Shown piece after piece: positions 1 through 13,285 of a stretch of DNA of 64,000 nt. Below the pieces are notes generated by a model. The model saw only the letters and a program-made list of their open reading frames with translations, did not search any database and was not told where the DNA came from. Position numbers and translations under genes: made by a program. The stretch comes from Eledone cirrhosa (taxonomy: Eukaryota), in the NCBI GenBank assembly GCA_964016885.1, contig OZ024740.1, positions 344,348,001-344,412,000 of the forward strand. The letters are read 5' to 3'. Position 1 is the stretch's first letter; each line of letters starts with the position of its first letter.

Positions 1-530
1 GGGGTTAACGTTGCCTTTCAGCCTTACGTGGTCGATAAAATAAAGTACCAGTCACGCACCGGGGTCGATTTAATAGACTTTCCCCTCCCCCAAAATTGCT
101 GGCCTTATAAGAAACCATTATATATTTAAATATACAGGGTCGATAAAATAAAGTACCAGTAATGCACTGGGTAATTGCTGGCCTTGTGCCTAAAGTAGAA
201 ACAATTATATATTTAAATATTAACTTTGCCTTTCATCCTTACGGGGTCGATAAAATAAAGTACCAGTAATGTACTGGGTAATTGCTGGCCTTGTGCCTAA
301 AGTAGAAACAATTATATATTTAAATATTTAAGGGCGGTGGATTGGCAGTATCGGTAGAGGGTCGGACGCCAAGCTTTGATGCATGGAGTTACGGCCCTTG
401 CCATTCTGAGTTCAAATCCCACCGAGGTTAACTTTACCTTTCATTTTTACGGGGTCGATAAAATAAAGTACCAGTAATGTACTGGTGAATTTGCTGGCCT
501 TGTTCCAAAAGTAGAAACAATTATATATTT
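1..530 (+). mobile_element. Cluster of tRNA-derived SINE copies (three 3' partial copies plus one near-full copy at ~332-530)
   Basis: Repeated core TTTGCCTTTCATCCTTACGGGGTCGATAAAATAAAGTACCAGT. The full copy has a pol III A-box-like head (GGCGGTGGATTGGCAGTATCGG) and B box (GAGTTCAAATCCC). The same family recurs about 8 times in the window. Confidence 0.85.
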
Positions 531-551
531 AAATCTTAATTATTCATCATC

Positions 552-582
<31 letters not shown>

Positions 583-611
583 CAAATTATAAAATAATAG
601 AAAAATATACC

Positions 612-682
<71 letters not shown>

Positions 683-684
683 TT

Positions 685-1800
685 TAAAAACAACATTCTG
701 CCGGAATCTCAGTGTGGTTTCCATCAGTGTGGTTTCCATACAGATATGAACTTCATGGCGCGGCAGTTGCCTGAGAGGTGTAAGGAGCAACAGCTTCATT
801 TTGACAATTAAGTTATTGATCTCACGAAGGGATAAGTCACAATCAATAAGCAGACCATTTGGAGCATTCTTTTGAAGCTTGGTTGCCTTGAGAAATTTAC
901 TGCGTTTATACGTTCATTGCATGATGACATGAGATCATGGGTCTGCTTCAATGGTGAGCTACTAGAACCTTTCTCAGTTGAGAAAGGCGTAATACAATGT
1001 GGCCTGCTTGCCCCGACATTGTTTGCCATCATTTTTGCTTTTGTTTTGCTAAATGCATTCAACAACACCGATGCTTGTATATATACACGTGTTCGAACAA
1101 CAGGAAGTGTTTTAATCCGACGAATACTCGCTTCATTAAAACATATATCGCACTGATATGTGATCTTCTTTATGCTGACGACTGTGATCTTGTTAGCCAC
1201 AGAGGAGAAGACCTTCAACTTCTGATGGATTGCTTCTCTGCAGAATGTGAGGAATTTGGGCTGACTATCAGCCTGAAAAAGAAAGTGGCGTTATATCAGT
1301 ATGCACACGGAAAGTCATATATATCTGCCAAAGGGAAAATATTGAGTGTTGTGGATACGTTTGTCTACCTCTGTACCACTATCTCCTGCAGCAAGACCCT
1401 TGATGATGAGATAAGATAAAGGATGTCGAAATATTCTGATGCTTTTGGTATGCTGGAGAAGCATCTGTGATCACAGTCAGACATCACTGTGCGCACGAAA
1501 GTCGAAGTGTATTTTAGTCTGCTCCCAAAACCAGATTTGAAAAAAGCTCTTACATACGGGCAATGAGGAGGTGTATGCATGTCAAAGGCTGAGTTACTAA
1601 GCCATAGCAGACGTCGTACTCACGGAAATAACCCCCTTTGAGTACCACATATACTTTCATGTTGCATATGGCATCTGCAACAAAATGAGTCACACAGCAA
1701 GTGGGCTAACACGACACCAAAAAGCGTGCCATGCCAACCAGACTAAAGCAGGTGAGAAATTTAACTGAACACTGTTTGGTATGGCTTGAGGAGCCATCTA
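685..1800 (+). pseudogene. Decayed 5'-truncated RTE-clade LINE (RT C-terminal half)
   Basis: Translated pieces LPESQCGF, IDLTK, KLGCLEKF...GLLAPTLF, LLYADDCDL, FGLTISLKK and a C-terminal C2H2-like remnant (ICNKMSHTASGLTRHQKAC). Stops and frameshifts present. Confidence 0.85.
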
Positions 1801-1975
1801 ATGCGGTACAAGCGACAGCCACATCAATAAAATGTTTTGGGAGTTACCTATTTGTCCCTTTTTTTGTTCCAAGTAGTTTCCGTGCTGGGAGATGAGTAGG
1901 CTTCTACTATGTATGTATGTATGTGTGTATGTATGTATGTATGTATGTATGTATGTATGTATGTATGTATGTATG

Positions 1976-2595
1976 TTTTGACCGGCCACCTTCCTGGTGG
2001 CAAGGTTGTAAAAGAAAAGAAATTGTCATCCCTTGAATTGCAAGAATGTTTTGCAAATTTTTAAGGTGCCAGCTATCGCAGCCATTTGTAGACTATGAAT
2101 TAGGGAACTGCGCTCTTTGTCCGCAAATCCAAGTTCAGTCATACTTTGGTCCAAGCGGGTTGGTATATAACCCGTAGCTCCAATAATGATGAGTATGAAG
2201 CTAAAGATGTATCTTGGATACTGGATTTGTAAACTCCTCATCAATGGTCCGTAGATGTCCTCCTTCTCCTGTATTTTTCTGGCAGCGTTTACATCAAGTG
2301 GGAAGCTGATCTCCTCAACAGAATACGTTTACAATGTGTGGTCCCAAACAACAATATCAGGCCGGTTGTGCTTTAATTTGGTGGCAGTTTTTATTTTCAG
2401 GGTCCACCAGTATTCCTTAGTGCCATCTGTCTCAATATATTCTTCCTCGTTTGTTGTTAATTTTGTTTCCCGAAGTGCGTTCCAGATGGTTCTAGCTATC
2501 ACATCGTGTCTCATGGGGAGGTAGTAGCGAGATGACATTCTTTCGCAGCTGGCAACATAGCCTACATTTATTGTCAGCTGATGGCCCTCCCCATG
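1976..2595 (-). mobile_element. 5'-truncated R4/Dong-like RLE non-LTR retrotransposon inserted in (CATA)n
   Basis: RYYLPMRHD, KHNRPDIVVWD and IGATGY restriction-like endonuclease motifs. Short 3' UTR with a GCCACC/GGTGGC hairpin. (TATG)n on both flanks. Confidence 0.85.
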
Positions 2596-2611
2596 TATAT
2601 ATGCATGTATG

Positions 2612-2645
<34 letters not shown>

Positions 2646-2972
2646 TGTATGTATGTATGTATGTATGTATGTATGTATGTATGTATGTATGTATGTATGT
2701 ATGTACAGGAAACTGGGATAACTCTGACATAAAACCTGCGGCTCAGTAGTTACCGATGATGTTGATCTTTTCTTCTTTTGGGGTTATAGTTACTGTCGCT
2801 CAGAGTGTGGGATTGGCTCAGTGCACAGTCTTTCCACACTTAAAAAAAATCTTACGCACGAGTATTGCATGTTAGCATTAATTGATAATTATTAATAATG
2901 TTATATCGTGCAATGGCCATACTCGATAACGAGGGGACAGCCATAATAATATTGCATGTATATGTATGTAAG

Positions 2973-3016
<44 letters not shown>

Positions 3017-3450
3017 GTATTAGTTTCACTCTTGGAGAGGAAGAATAATGAGTGTGTGTGTGTGTGTGTGTGTTAGTTATGTGTGTTACTACAGTTACAA
3101 GCGGAGCGTCGTTCAAAGCACTTATTGCTACGAGTTCTGTATCGTGGTGGAATGTATTCCAGAGTTAAGGCGGCTGTAGTGTGCAGATACGAGGTTCGTT
3201 ACATTTGATGGCTCCTTCCACCACTTTTTTTTCCATCTCTAGGGATGTATATATTTGGCATATATTTTGTGGACAAGAATAATTCTCCCCACCCATCAGT
3301 TCAACATTCAGTTTCACTGCGCGTTGCATTCGGCAAGTATATTCTGGTATATTCAATAACCACTGAGCGTAGTTTTGTCGACGGAAACTAAGCAAGATAT
3401 ATCAAACATATATACATATATAAACGCACATAATTGCTTGTAAATATGTA

Positions 3451-3564
<114 letters not shown>

Positions 3565-3589
3565 AGAGGTGTAACACACGAGTTGTGAT

Positions 3590-3781
3590 ATATTAGTAAA
3601 AGGAAATGAACATGGTGACAAATTTTTCCCAGTGAAAAATAGTTTAATTAGCAATAAGTAAAAATTAGTAATAAGTATTGGTTAGTATTCAGTTTTAGTT
3701 TTCATTTTTACCGTTTAGGCATTTCTAAATATCGAATACTGTACACCATTTTTACCAGTATCACAAAAATACTGGTCCATC

Positions 3782-3812
<31 letters not shown>

Positions 3813-4501
3813 ACATATACACTCACACACATATACACACACACATACACACGCGTACACTAACATACAAACAGACAGACACACACACACACACGCACAC
3901 ACACACTTCTCCGTTTAAGACAAGAGCTGAAAAATATCTTTCAACATGTTAAAATATCCCCCACACACGTACAGACACATTCCTACTGACCGAATCCCTC
4001 TACCACGAACCACTCTGCCACACACACACACACACACACACATATTTGGCTTAACATTCTTATTTTACAGTGACTTCTCAATCAGGCGAAAAAGGACACT
4101 CTTCGACAAACCTACATTTGACGCAAAATCAATTTTTAACATTCACGTGACCTCTACCGACCAATCAAAATTGTTTTGACTACAAGAATTTTTGCAACAC
4201 GAATTGGTGCGAAAGTGATAGTACTCAATCACGTGACATTCAACAACCAACCAAATCTTAATACTTCTGCAGCCACTTTTTTCACATAAAACAGGTAGAA
4301 TTTCCCAAACTGATCAGATTAGAGCAAACATCACGGGCGCTCTATCTCAAAATTATTTCTGAAAAGTATTAGAAATGCGCAACCGGTAAAAACTTAAAAC
4401 TAAAACTTAATACTAACCAATACTTATTACTAATTTTTACTTATTCCTAATTAAACTATTTTTCACTGGGAAAAATTGGTCACCATTTTCTTTTCCTTTT
4501 A

Positions 4502-4507
<6 letters not shown>
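3590..4507. mobile_element. MITE-like non-autonomous element with ~140-bp terminal inverted repeats
   Basis: 3591-3730 (TATTAGTAAAAGGAAA...) is the reverse complement of ~4367-4506 (...TTTCCTTTTACTAATA). Non-coding interior, TA flanks. Confidence 0.7.
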
Positions 4508-4558
<51 letters not shown>

Positions 4559-4795
4559 TTACACACACATGCACGCACACACACACGCGCACATATATGT
4601 ATATATATAATTACAACAGAGATATAAACAGGTACTTAAGATTCGTTAGGTTCTGGCCCCAACTCATTCAGCCTGTCATTAGAAAAGTAAAACTAAAGGC
4701 TGACAGGCTGAATGAGTTGGGGTCCAGAACTATTTATATTAAAGTCGTACTATTGACTGTGTGCTTTTACCCTTTGATATGACTACTAAATTTTT

Positions 4796-4838
<43 letters not shown>

Positions 4839-4844
4839 TATGAA

Positions 4845-5050
4845 GAAATGGCGTGCTGCGTGGTTGCATATGGGTTACATATGAATAACATTAGTCCTTC
4901 ATCAGTGATCTTCCAGCCTTCATTGGTATTTCATCGCTTTAAAGATCATATACCTCTGGTTGTTGCGAGTAACGGCTAAAGAAAGTCGTTGGGACACGTA
5001 AATAGGGGGAACGAGCGAGACAGTAAACAAACAAAGATGGTAATGCAACG
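4845..5050 (-). repeat. Dispersed ~205-bp repeat (second copy ~27205-27410) containing a permuted HHR-like motif
   Basis: Near-identical to 27205-27410. Both copies abut (TA)n. Confidence 0.8.
4899..4954 (-). ncRNA. Candidate pseudoknotted/permuted hammerhead-like motif, copy A
   Basis: Minus strand reads GGUAU-A-UGAUCUU-uaaagcgau-GAAAUACC-12 nt-AAGAUCA-CUGAUGA. Stem III is 5 bp and stem I is 7 bp; no clear stem II. Confidence 0.5.
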
Positions 5051-6066
5051 AACTCAAGACGACACATTATTTAAGCTAATGTTCAATATCTCATATTAGA
5101 TGTTTAGTAATGATTAATACGAAATACACTTAAACCGAATTATATATTATAAATTCACTTAAATAATTATTGTGTCGTCTTGAGTTCGTTATGAGTCTCT
5201 TTTTTATAAAAGGATGCCACAGTGTGTACGATAGATAATGATTACAATATGTTTGAGCAACAACTCTAGTCCCACACATTTGAAGGTTTATTATAACATT
5301 CTGTCACTCTTTTGAGCGTGCGCATTTTTCAGGTCTAGTTTAATATGTTTTAAAGGCAACGCTTGTAATAACTCTAGTTCCACATGATATATAGTAATAA
5401 TAAATTATCGTTGTAATGTAATTAGATTTTATAATTGTTATTTTATAAATGATCTTATAAATATTATTGTAAGATGTATAAAAATACTTTCAGACTTTTA
5501 ATATAAACAACTACAAAAACAATCAATATTAAATAAATATATTTTACATAATAATTGTTATAATTGAATTAATAAATATTAAATATTACATACAAATAGT
5601 CTAACATAATAATAATAAAATGGACAAATATACAAGTAAATGCGATACAACCTATATTATAAGCATGTTATAACGAACTGAAAAAAAAATAGTTAATATA
5701 AATTAAAAAAATCATATATAAATTATCAACATAACTTACCAAAACGAGAAAAATATTTTGATGGTAAAGGACGAAATACAGGAGGAAGATTCGAAAGCGA
5801 ACGATAAATAAACGTGCAAACAAAATGGCGGATGCTTTTGAGCAACAATTACTCTCGTTGGTTGATTAACCAATAAGACGATGAAATTAGCCAATAAGAC
5901 GATACATTACAAAACATGTTTGGCAGCGATCACCACGGCCAGCGACACCCCTTGAAATTTTGATTCACAAGCTACGCATATATGTCAGACGCGCAGACTT
6001 AAAACATTCTGTTGTTGTCACTGCGTGTCTAACATATATATATATATATATGTTAGACACGCAGTG

Positions 6067-6162
<96 letters not shown>

Positions 6163-6857
6163 GTGTGTGTGTCTATGTCTGTTTTTGCATGTGTCTGTAT
6201 GCGCTCGCATATTATAATTGTAAATATACAGCAGTAATTCTTGAGCTTATTGTTTCGTACATAATTACATTCAGGCACAAAACGGCTGGCTCTCAAATCA
6301 TCATACAGCTTATCAATTATAAAAAATCATATATCATTAAACACAATTGTTAAGGTTTGTCCTTCCTTTTTACATAACCCAATATGTATACTTATGTTTA
6401 TTCATAGTAAGTATATGCGCGAGTATATAGGTATGTTCGTGTATGTATATGTGTATGTGTGTGTATGTATATATGTAAGTGTGTATGTGTATGTGTTTGT
6501 GTGTGTGTATGTACATGTGTGTGTGTGTGTGTGGGGGGGTATTTCTGTACATTCGTGTGCCGGTGTGGTTCTTTATAACACACTACGCCACGTCATATGC
6601 AGGTTCGGCCAGAAGAGAATGATAAGTAAAATACCCAAATCAATAAACCTAATATTGTTAAGCCAACCTGACCGATGTCCAATAACTGAAATCACTAACA
6701 GTCTTAAATAATTAAAGAATATGATAGGAGTCGTACGAATATGCGTATTCAATCTCATTTGAGACGAGTTGTACACAATTCTAAGCGGTGGTACTATATC
6801 AACAAACATTTGTATATATATATATATATATATAGAAAGATAGTATATTATATACTA

Positions 6858-7011
6858 CTGGTTTAGTTCGGATCTAGCTGACGAAGCGACCGGAGCTCAG
6901 CCGTCGAGTTCCTGAACATTTTCATATTACCCACTCTACTACCGTAAGTACCGAGTACTCTGGAGCGTTATAGTCCCCTGGTTCCTTACCACACTTTCTT
7001 TGCTCTCTCTA

Positions 7012-7092
<81 letters not shown>

Positions 7093-7289
7093 AAGAGGGC
7101 GTATGGTAAGATACTAGGTGGACCATAACGCACCAGAGTACTCGATATTTGAGGTAGTAGTGTGGGTAATATGAAAAGGTTCAGGACCTCGACGGCTGAG
7201 CTCCGGCCGTTTCGTCAGATAGATCCGAACTAGCTGTTCGGATCTAGCTGTGGAAACGGCCGGAGCTCAGCCGTCGCGGTCTTGGATCT

Positions 7290-7294
<5 letters not shown>
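6858..7294. mobile_element. Three pieces of an HHR-half repeat family (one + copy, then a fold-back centred ~7232)
   Basis: GAAACGGCCGGAGCTCAGCCGTC (stem III plus GUC) occurs in both orientations. Homologous to 36362-36557, 37500-37600 and 38181-38375. Confidence 0.7.
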
Positions 7295-7335
<41 letters not shown>

Positions 7336-7802
7336 GTGTATGTGTATCTGTCTGTGTCTATGTCTGTGTGTGTGTGTGTGTATGTGTGTGTGTGTGTGTT
7401 TGTGTCTCTATGAGTGTATGTGTGTGTGTTTGTGTGTGTGTATCTGTATGAATGCGTGTATGTGTATATATAGTTATATATAAATACGCAGATGGGCATT
7501 CACTCGGGCACACACAATGGCACACACCCACACAAACACAAACACATACACATTCATATATTTGTATGTCTGTAAGACCAAAGAATGCTCCAGGGAATGT
7601 AGTCAGAGAATACGATATTATGCATATGTTCTGGTATGTGTGTATTATATAATCACCGTAAAATATATTATGACGTGTGTGTGTACGTACGATATATTTA
7701 CATATGTGCGTGTATATCTAATTTATTTATATATGTGTATGCACACACGTATATATTGATACAAACACACACACATATATATGTGTATTTATATAAATGT
7801 AT

Positions 7803-7835
<33 letters not shown>

Positions 7836-7855
7836 CACACACACACACATCTATA

Positions 7856-7939
<84 letters not shown>

Positions 7940-8591
7940 TTCACACACACACATATATATATATACACACACACACATATATATATATATACATAAACAC
8001 ACTCACATATATATATATACATACACACGCACACACACACACACACACACACGTATATATATATACTTATATATGAATATATAAATATATGCATATTACA
8101 GATATGTATTTATACTGCAGATATCGGCCTCTAGAGATATGTGTGCTTGTAAGTATATTTATGAATGTATGTGTGTATAGCTATGTGTGTACGTGTATTC
8201 GTTTACATAAGAAGCGATATCATAATTCATTCTTTTTGATATTAAAGAATGAAGTGTAATTTTCAGGCCCAAGAGTATTTCCAGCAGATATTCCCCCTTT
8301 CTTTCCTGTCGGATATACTTTCTCTCCAGCTCATTCTCGCTACATAGGTTATTTGAATGGTAACACATACAGGCATAACATAAACTCCCTCTCATTCCAT
8401 TACACACAAACAATCTCTGTCTCTCTCATTCTTAAACACACACATATATATATATACATATATATATGCGAGGATATAAATATATATATATATGCGAGGA
8501 TATAAATTGACACAAAGTTTAATATTAATATACATGTTGATCTATATATGTATATACTCAGATGTCTATCTAAATCTGATTATGTTATATA

Positions 8592-8771
<180 letters not shown>

Positions 8772-8816
8772 AACTACGCACACACACATATATATATATT
8801 TATATATATATATATT

Positions 8817-8982
<166 letters not shown>

Positions 8983-10972
8983 GAGAGAAAGATGAGAGAG
9001 ACAGTGATGGAGATAGAGAGATCTTAACATGTGGAATGTTACACATACACACACATACAGATATATATATATATAAATATATATGAATATATATCGTGTG
9101 TGTGTTAGTGATAGCGTGGACGTCTCCGTTAGTTTAGATTCCGCACACTTATCCTCCTGCACATACATGACATTCTTGCTGTTTCTTATAATCAAACTCA
9201 TTCCTACTCTGAGATGATGCCACTGTTTACTCTCAGATAACATTTTCGACACACAAGCTTCTTTCATAGCCGACCTAGACACATCCCGCCTGACGCTCAC
9301 CACTTGTATGAACATATATATTTTACATACCATTCAAAGGAGAAATGAAATCCTATTCTCATTGAACATCCATAAGACACACTAAATACACATACAACAC
9401 AACTTCGTTTTTACTACCGACCTATACGCTGCTAATACCACAATGAACTAGGTCTGGCAAGTAATGATGACCTTTTCTTATTCCATATGAATGTCATTTA
9501 TACATTGCTTACCTGCATCTGAACTATTATGTTTTCTCTTTAAGGCCAGAAAATATTTTATCTTCTGTCTTTCATCACAAATGCGACCTACTTTAAGTCA
9601 AAATTGTATAGCTAGGTCTGAGAAACTGTTACACACAACTAATTCAGATCGTACACATAACGGTTATACGTATGATTACCTTTCATTAAACTACAGTCCC
9701 TAACCCGTAAATTATATTATATTCACTTTAACATCTACTACAATTGTTTCTGTTCATATCTATTGCATCAAAATCTTCCCAATGCCTACACTTCTTCTGA
9801 TACGCTTGTTCTGATTCGCTCACACAGAACCATATTAAATTGTAATTAAAACGTAATTCTGTTAAATTTAATGGCTTCTTCACCCTAACTATATTCTATC
9901 GAAGTCTTTCGGTAGGTTTCTCATAGTTTTGGTGTCATTTACTGTTAATGATTTCTTAGTATCATCAACATAATTTGTCACATAATTTCCATCTTGCTGT
10001 GCTGACGACCGATGAAATGTCAGATATTACAATCAATAATAACTCTACATTAATTTCATGTGTTAGCCCGCACCGGACATATGATACTCCAGAGGAGGGA
10101 ACAGTGGTAGCAACATCTTGGCATCTATCTTTTAAGAAGTGATACAGTCACTGGCTTATATTCCCATCATACTTCCCGGTGTGTCGTAAGATTTCTAAAA
10201 CTCATGAATACTACATCAACAGTTGATGATTTAACCATATGTTGTAACACTCAATCGTATAGCTACCGAAGCTATATAAGCATTTTCCACCAAAGCGGAT
10301 GACATGTTGTGTAAAACTTAGCAGAAGTAACATAAGGAAATATTCTTCGATGAATCATTCGCGACCTTGCTCATATGTGATGTTAGATTCCATTCTAATG
10401 ATTTTCATCTCGTCTATAGCATTCTTTATGCACAGGGAATATCCTGCCAATCTTCAGGTGTTAAGAAAATTGACAATGTCCCAGAAAGTAGAGGGAAAGT
10501 AACTGAAGAGTTTAACTAGTGCTTTTTAATTGCGTTAAGAGAGATTTTAGGTTAAAATCATGACTATGTAAATGGTGGCTGCAATTCCTATAGGTAAAGC
10601 TTTGATACTGATAAAGCTCTATCGACTCTACTGTTTATGCCACTTCGATGGTGAACATATTAGGACATTTCTTATTCACTATTTCAATAATTTTATAAAA
10701 AATTCGTTGGGACTATTCAACTTCTCCTAAATGTTATCCTCTTTTATGGAGTTTTCAAATATATTGAAAATCGTTCGAGTTGGGTTTATGAATTCTACAT
10801 ACCAGATTTATTAATAAAGTCTCTCATTTACGTAGAATTAATTCATTATGCTATATGTTTTTCATTATACAGAGGTTTGAATCTGGTTCAGTAGTCAACC
10901 GAGGTTGTGTGATCCAGTAGGGATTCTGTTTATGTACGCTTACAAATACACCTCCACCCCACAAACAGATAT

Positions 10973-11028
<56 letters not shown>

Positions 11029-11039
11029 ACACACACGCA

Positions 11040-11103
<64 letters not shown>

Positions 11104-11189
11104 CACACATACATATATACGGAGCAGCTTTCATGTACACTCCTAATATATACAACGAGGCCCTCCGTAGCTTTCAATGCTTGCTCAAT

Positions 11190-11445
11190 AAATGAACGTG
11201 TAAGTGGCTGAGCATTCCACAGGAAGGTGCACATATTAAGTTCTTCTAAATGAGATTCAGCATGTGAGTATGTGACAAGGCTGACTCCTTGAATTCCAGA
11301 CACACCTCATATTTGCTACTTCAGTGGACAGAGGCTATGATAATTAAAGTGTCATTTTAAGCTCACAACGGGTGGCTCGTTTCTAGAATCGAAACAATGA
11401 CCTTACATTCGTCAGCCAAACAACCGAACAACAAAGCCATATACA
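11190..11445 (-). mobile_element. Old CORE-type tRNA SINE
   Basis: Degenerate match to the SINE at 25110-25322 (…TAAAGTGTC…, B-box remnant on the minus strand). Confidence 0.55.
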
Positions 11446-11554
11446 TATACAGATGTATATATATATATGGAGAATAGGATTGGCTGTGGAGTTGTTAGTT
11501 AAGGTAGGCTTATAAATGGAATGAGAGGAAGAAGAAAGCAAGAAGGGGGGGTCC

Positions 11555-11610
11555 TCATCAGTTGTCTACTGTGGGTCTCGGATATTTCAACGCTTTAAAG
11601 ACAATATATC
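11555..11610 (-). ncRNA. Candidate pseudoknotted/permuted hammerhead-like motif, copy B
   Basis: Minus strand reads GAUAU-A-UUGUCU-uuaaagcguu-GAAAUAUC-13 nt-AGACAA-CUGAUGA. Both stems covary with copy A. Confidence 0.5.
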
Positions 11611-12756
11611 TACCACTAGAGCGTTAAATAACTGGGTAAGTTATTGGGAAAACGGAAGAGGCAGGGAAGAAAAATAGAAGGGAAAACGGAAAAAAGGAAG
11701 AAAAGAGAAAACAGCGAAAACAAAAATAAATCTAGGAATGTGCGAGCAACTTAAGGTAAGAAAATCCAAGACCACATCGGTAACTGAACTTAAGTTCGAG
11801 AGTGTGTGGGCGAATGAAAAGACACGACTGAACTCAGCGAGTGTAAGTGAGAAAAGGACTGCTCCGGGGTCAGGCGAGGGAATCAATGAGGTGGCTAGTA
11901 GAGAAAGGGTGAGTGTGTGTTTCTGTGTGTGTGTTTAGATATATGCACACATACACACACACATATACATACAGAAATTATTTGCATTTTTCGTATGTTA
12001 ATTTCGATATCCCGCATCTGACATTTTAATACATATATGAAATAACCTCATAACCTCATCGTCAACAACATCAACAACACCATTAACGGCAACAACAATT
12101 ATACAACTGCATCTTCGGGTGCAAACATATTTCAGATTTTATAAACACTTAGAAATCAAACTAAACATCAAACTAACTCATTGTCTATAATTCTTCATCC
12201 AATAAATTCAGAGGTTTTATAATAGTACTGTGCATCTGAACTTTTATTTAAAATCTTCCTACCTTCCTCGCTTGCTTGCTTTTGCTCGTTTTGCTCACTC
12301 ACAGCTGCTAACGTTTGAATGTGATCATTGTAAAGTCATTGAATAAACTATCACAACATTTCGGTACCAGCTAAATATGTATGTATTCTGCTCCCATACG
12401 CAGGATATACGTATACTACGCCGTATTTTGCATTAAAACTAAAAAAAGCAAGTAAAAAAAATAACAAACCTAGAAATAAATCAAAATATAACGCCAACAC
12501 AACCTCCAAATACGAAATACCATGGCATCCGCGTATACAAATGTGTATTTCGGCTTGCGTCTCTATGTATGTATATATGTATGTGTATGTTTGTGTGACT
12601 GTGTATGTTTGTGTACATGTGGGTGTGTACTTGTGTGTTTATATTTGTTTGTTTAGGAAGAAATTGATATGGAAAAAAGCATTTAGAATATTTCACATAT
12701 GTATGCATGTCTATCAACAAACATACACATACACATCTATGAGACACACACACACG

Positions 12757-12857
<101 letters not shown>

Positions 12858-12935
12858 GTATATATATATGATTAAACATAATTATGTATTTTATGGATTT
12901 ATTTTGATTTACACACTCACAGACATATTTCTATG

Positions 12936-12992
<57 letters not shown>

Positions 12993-13054
12993 TAGATAGA
13001 TAGATATATTATATATATATCAATAGACATACATATATATATATACATATATAT

Positions 13055-13113
<59 letters not shown>

Positions 13114-13161
13114 TAGATAGATATATTATATATATCAATAGACATACATATATATATATAC

Positions 13162-13285
<124 letters not shown>

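Noticed and set aside
332-430. tRNA gene
   Set aside because: A and B boxes are present, but there is no cloverleaf; these are SINE heads.
9150-10850. Long unique stretch with a YVDD-like word on the minus strand (~9960-9980)
   Set aside because: Probably an ancient LINE, but other RT motifs could not be placed in order; not supportable.
11585-11600. UAAAGCGUUGA resembles part of the pistol ribozyme consensus
   Set aside because: No P1 loop pseudoknot partner, P2, or P3-GU cleavage site could be built. The hammerhead-core reading fits better.
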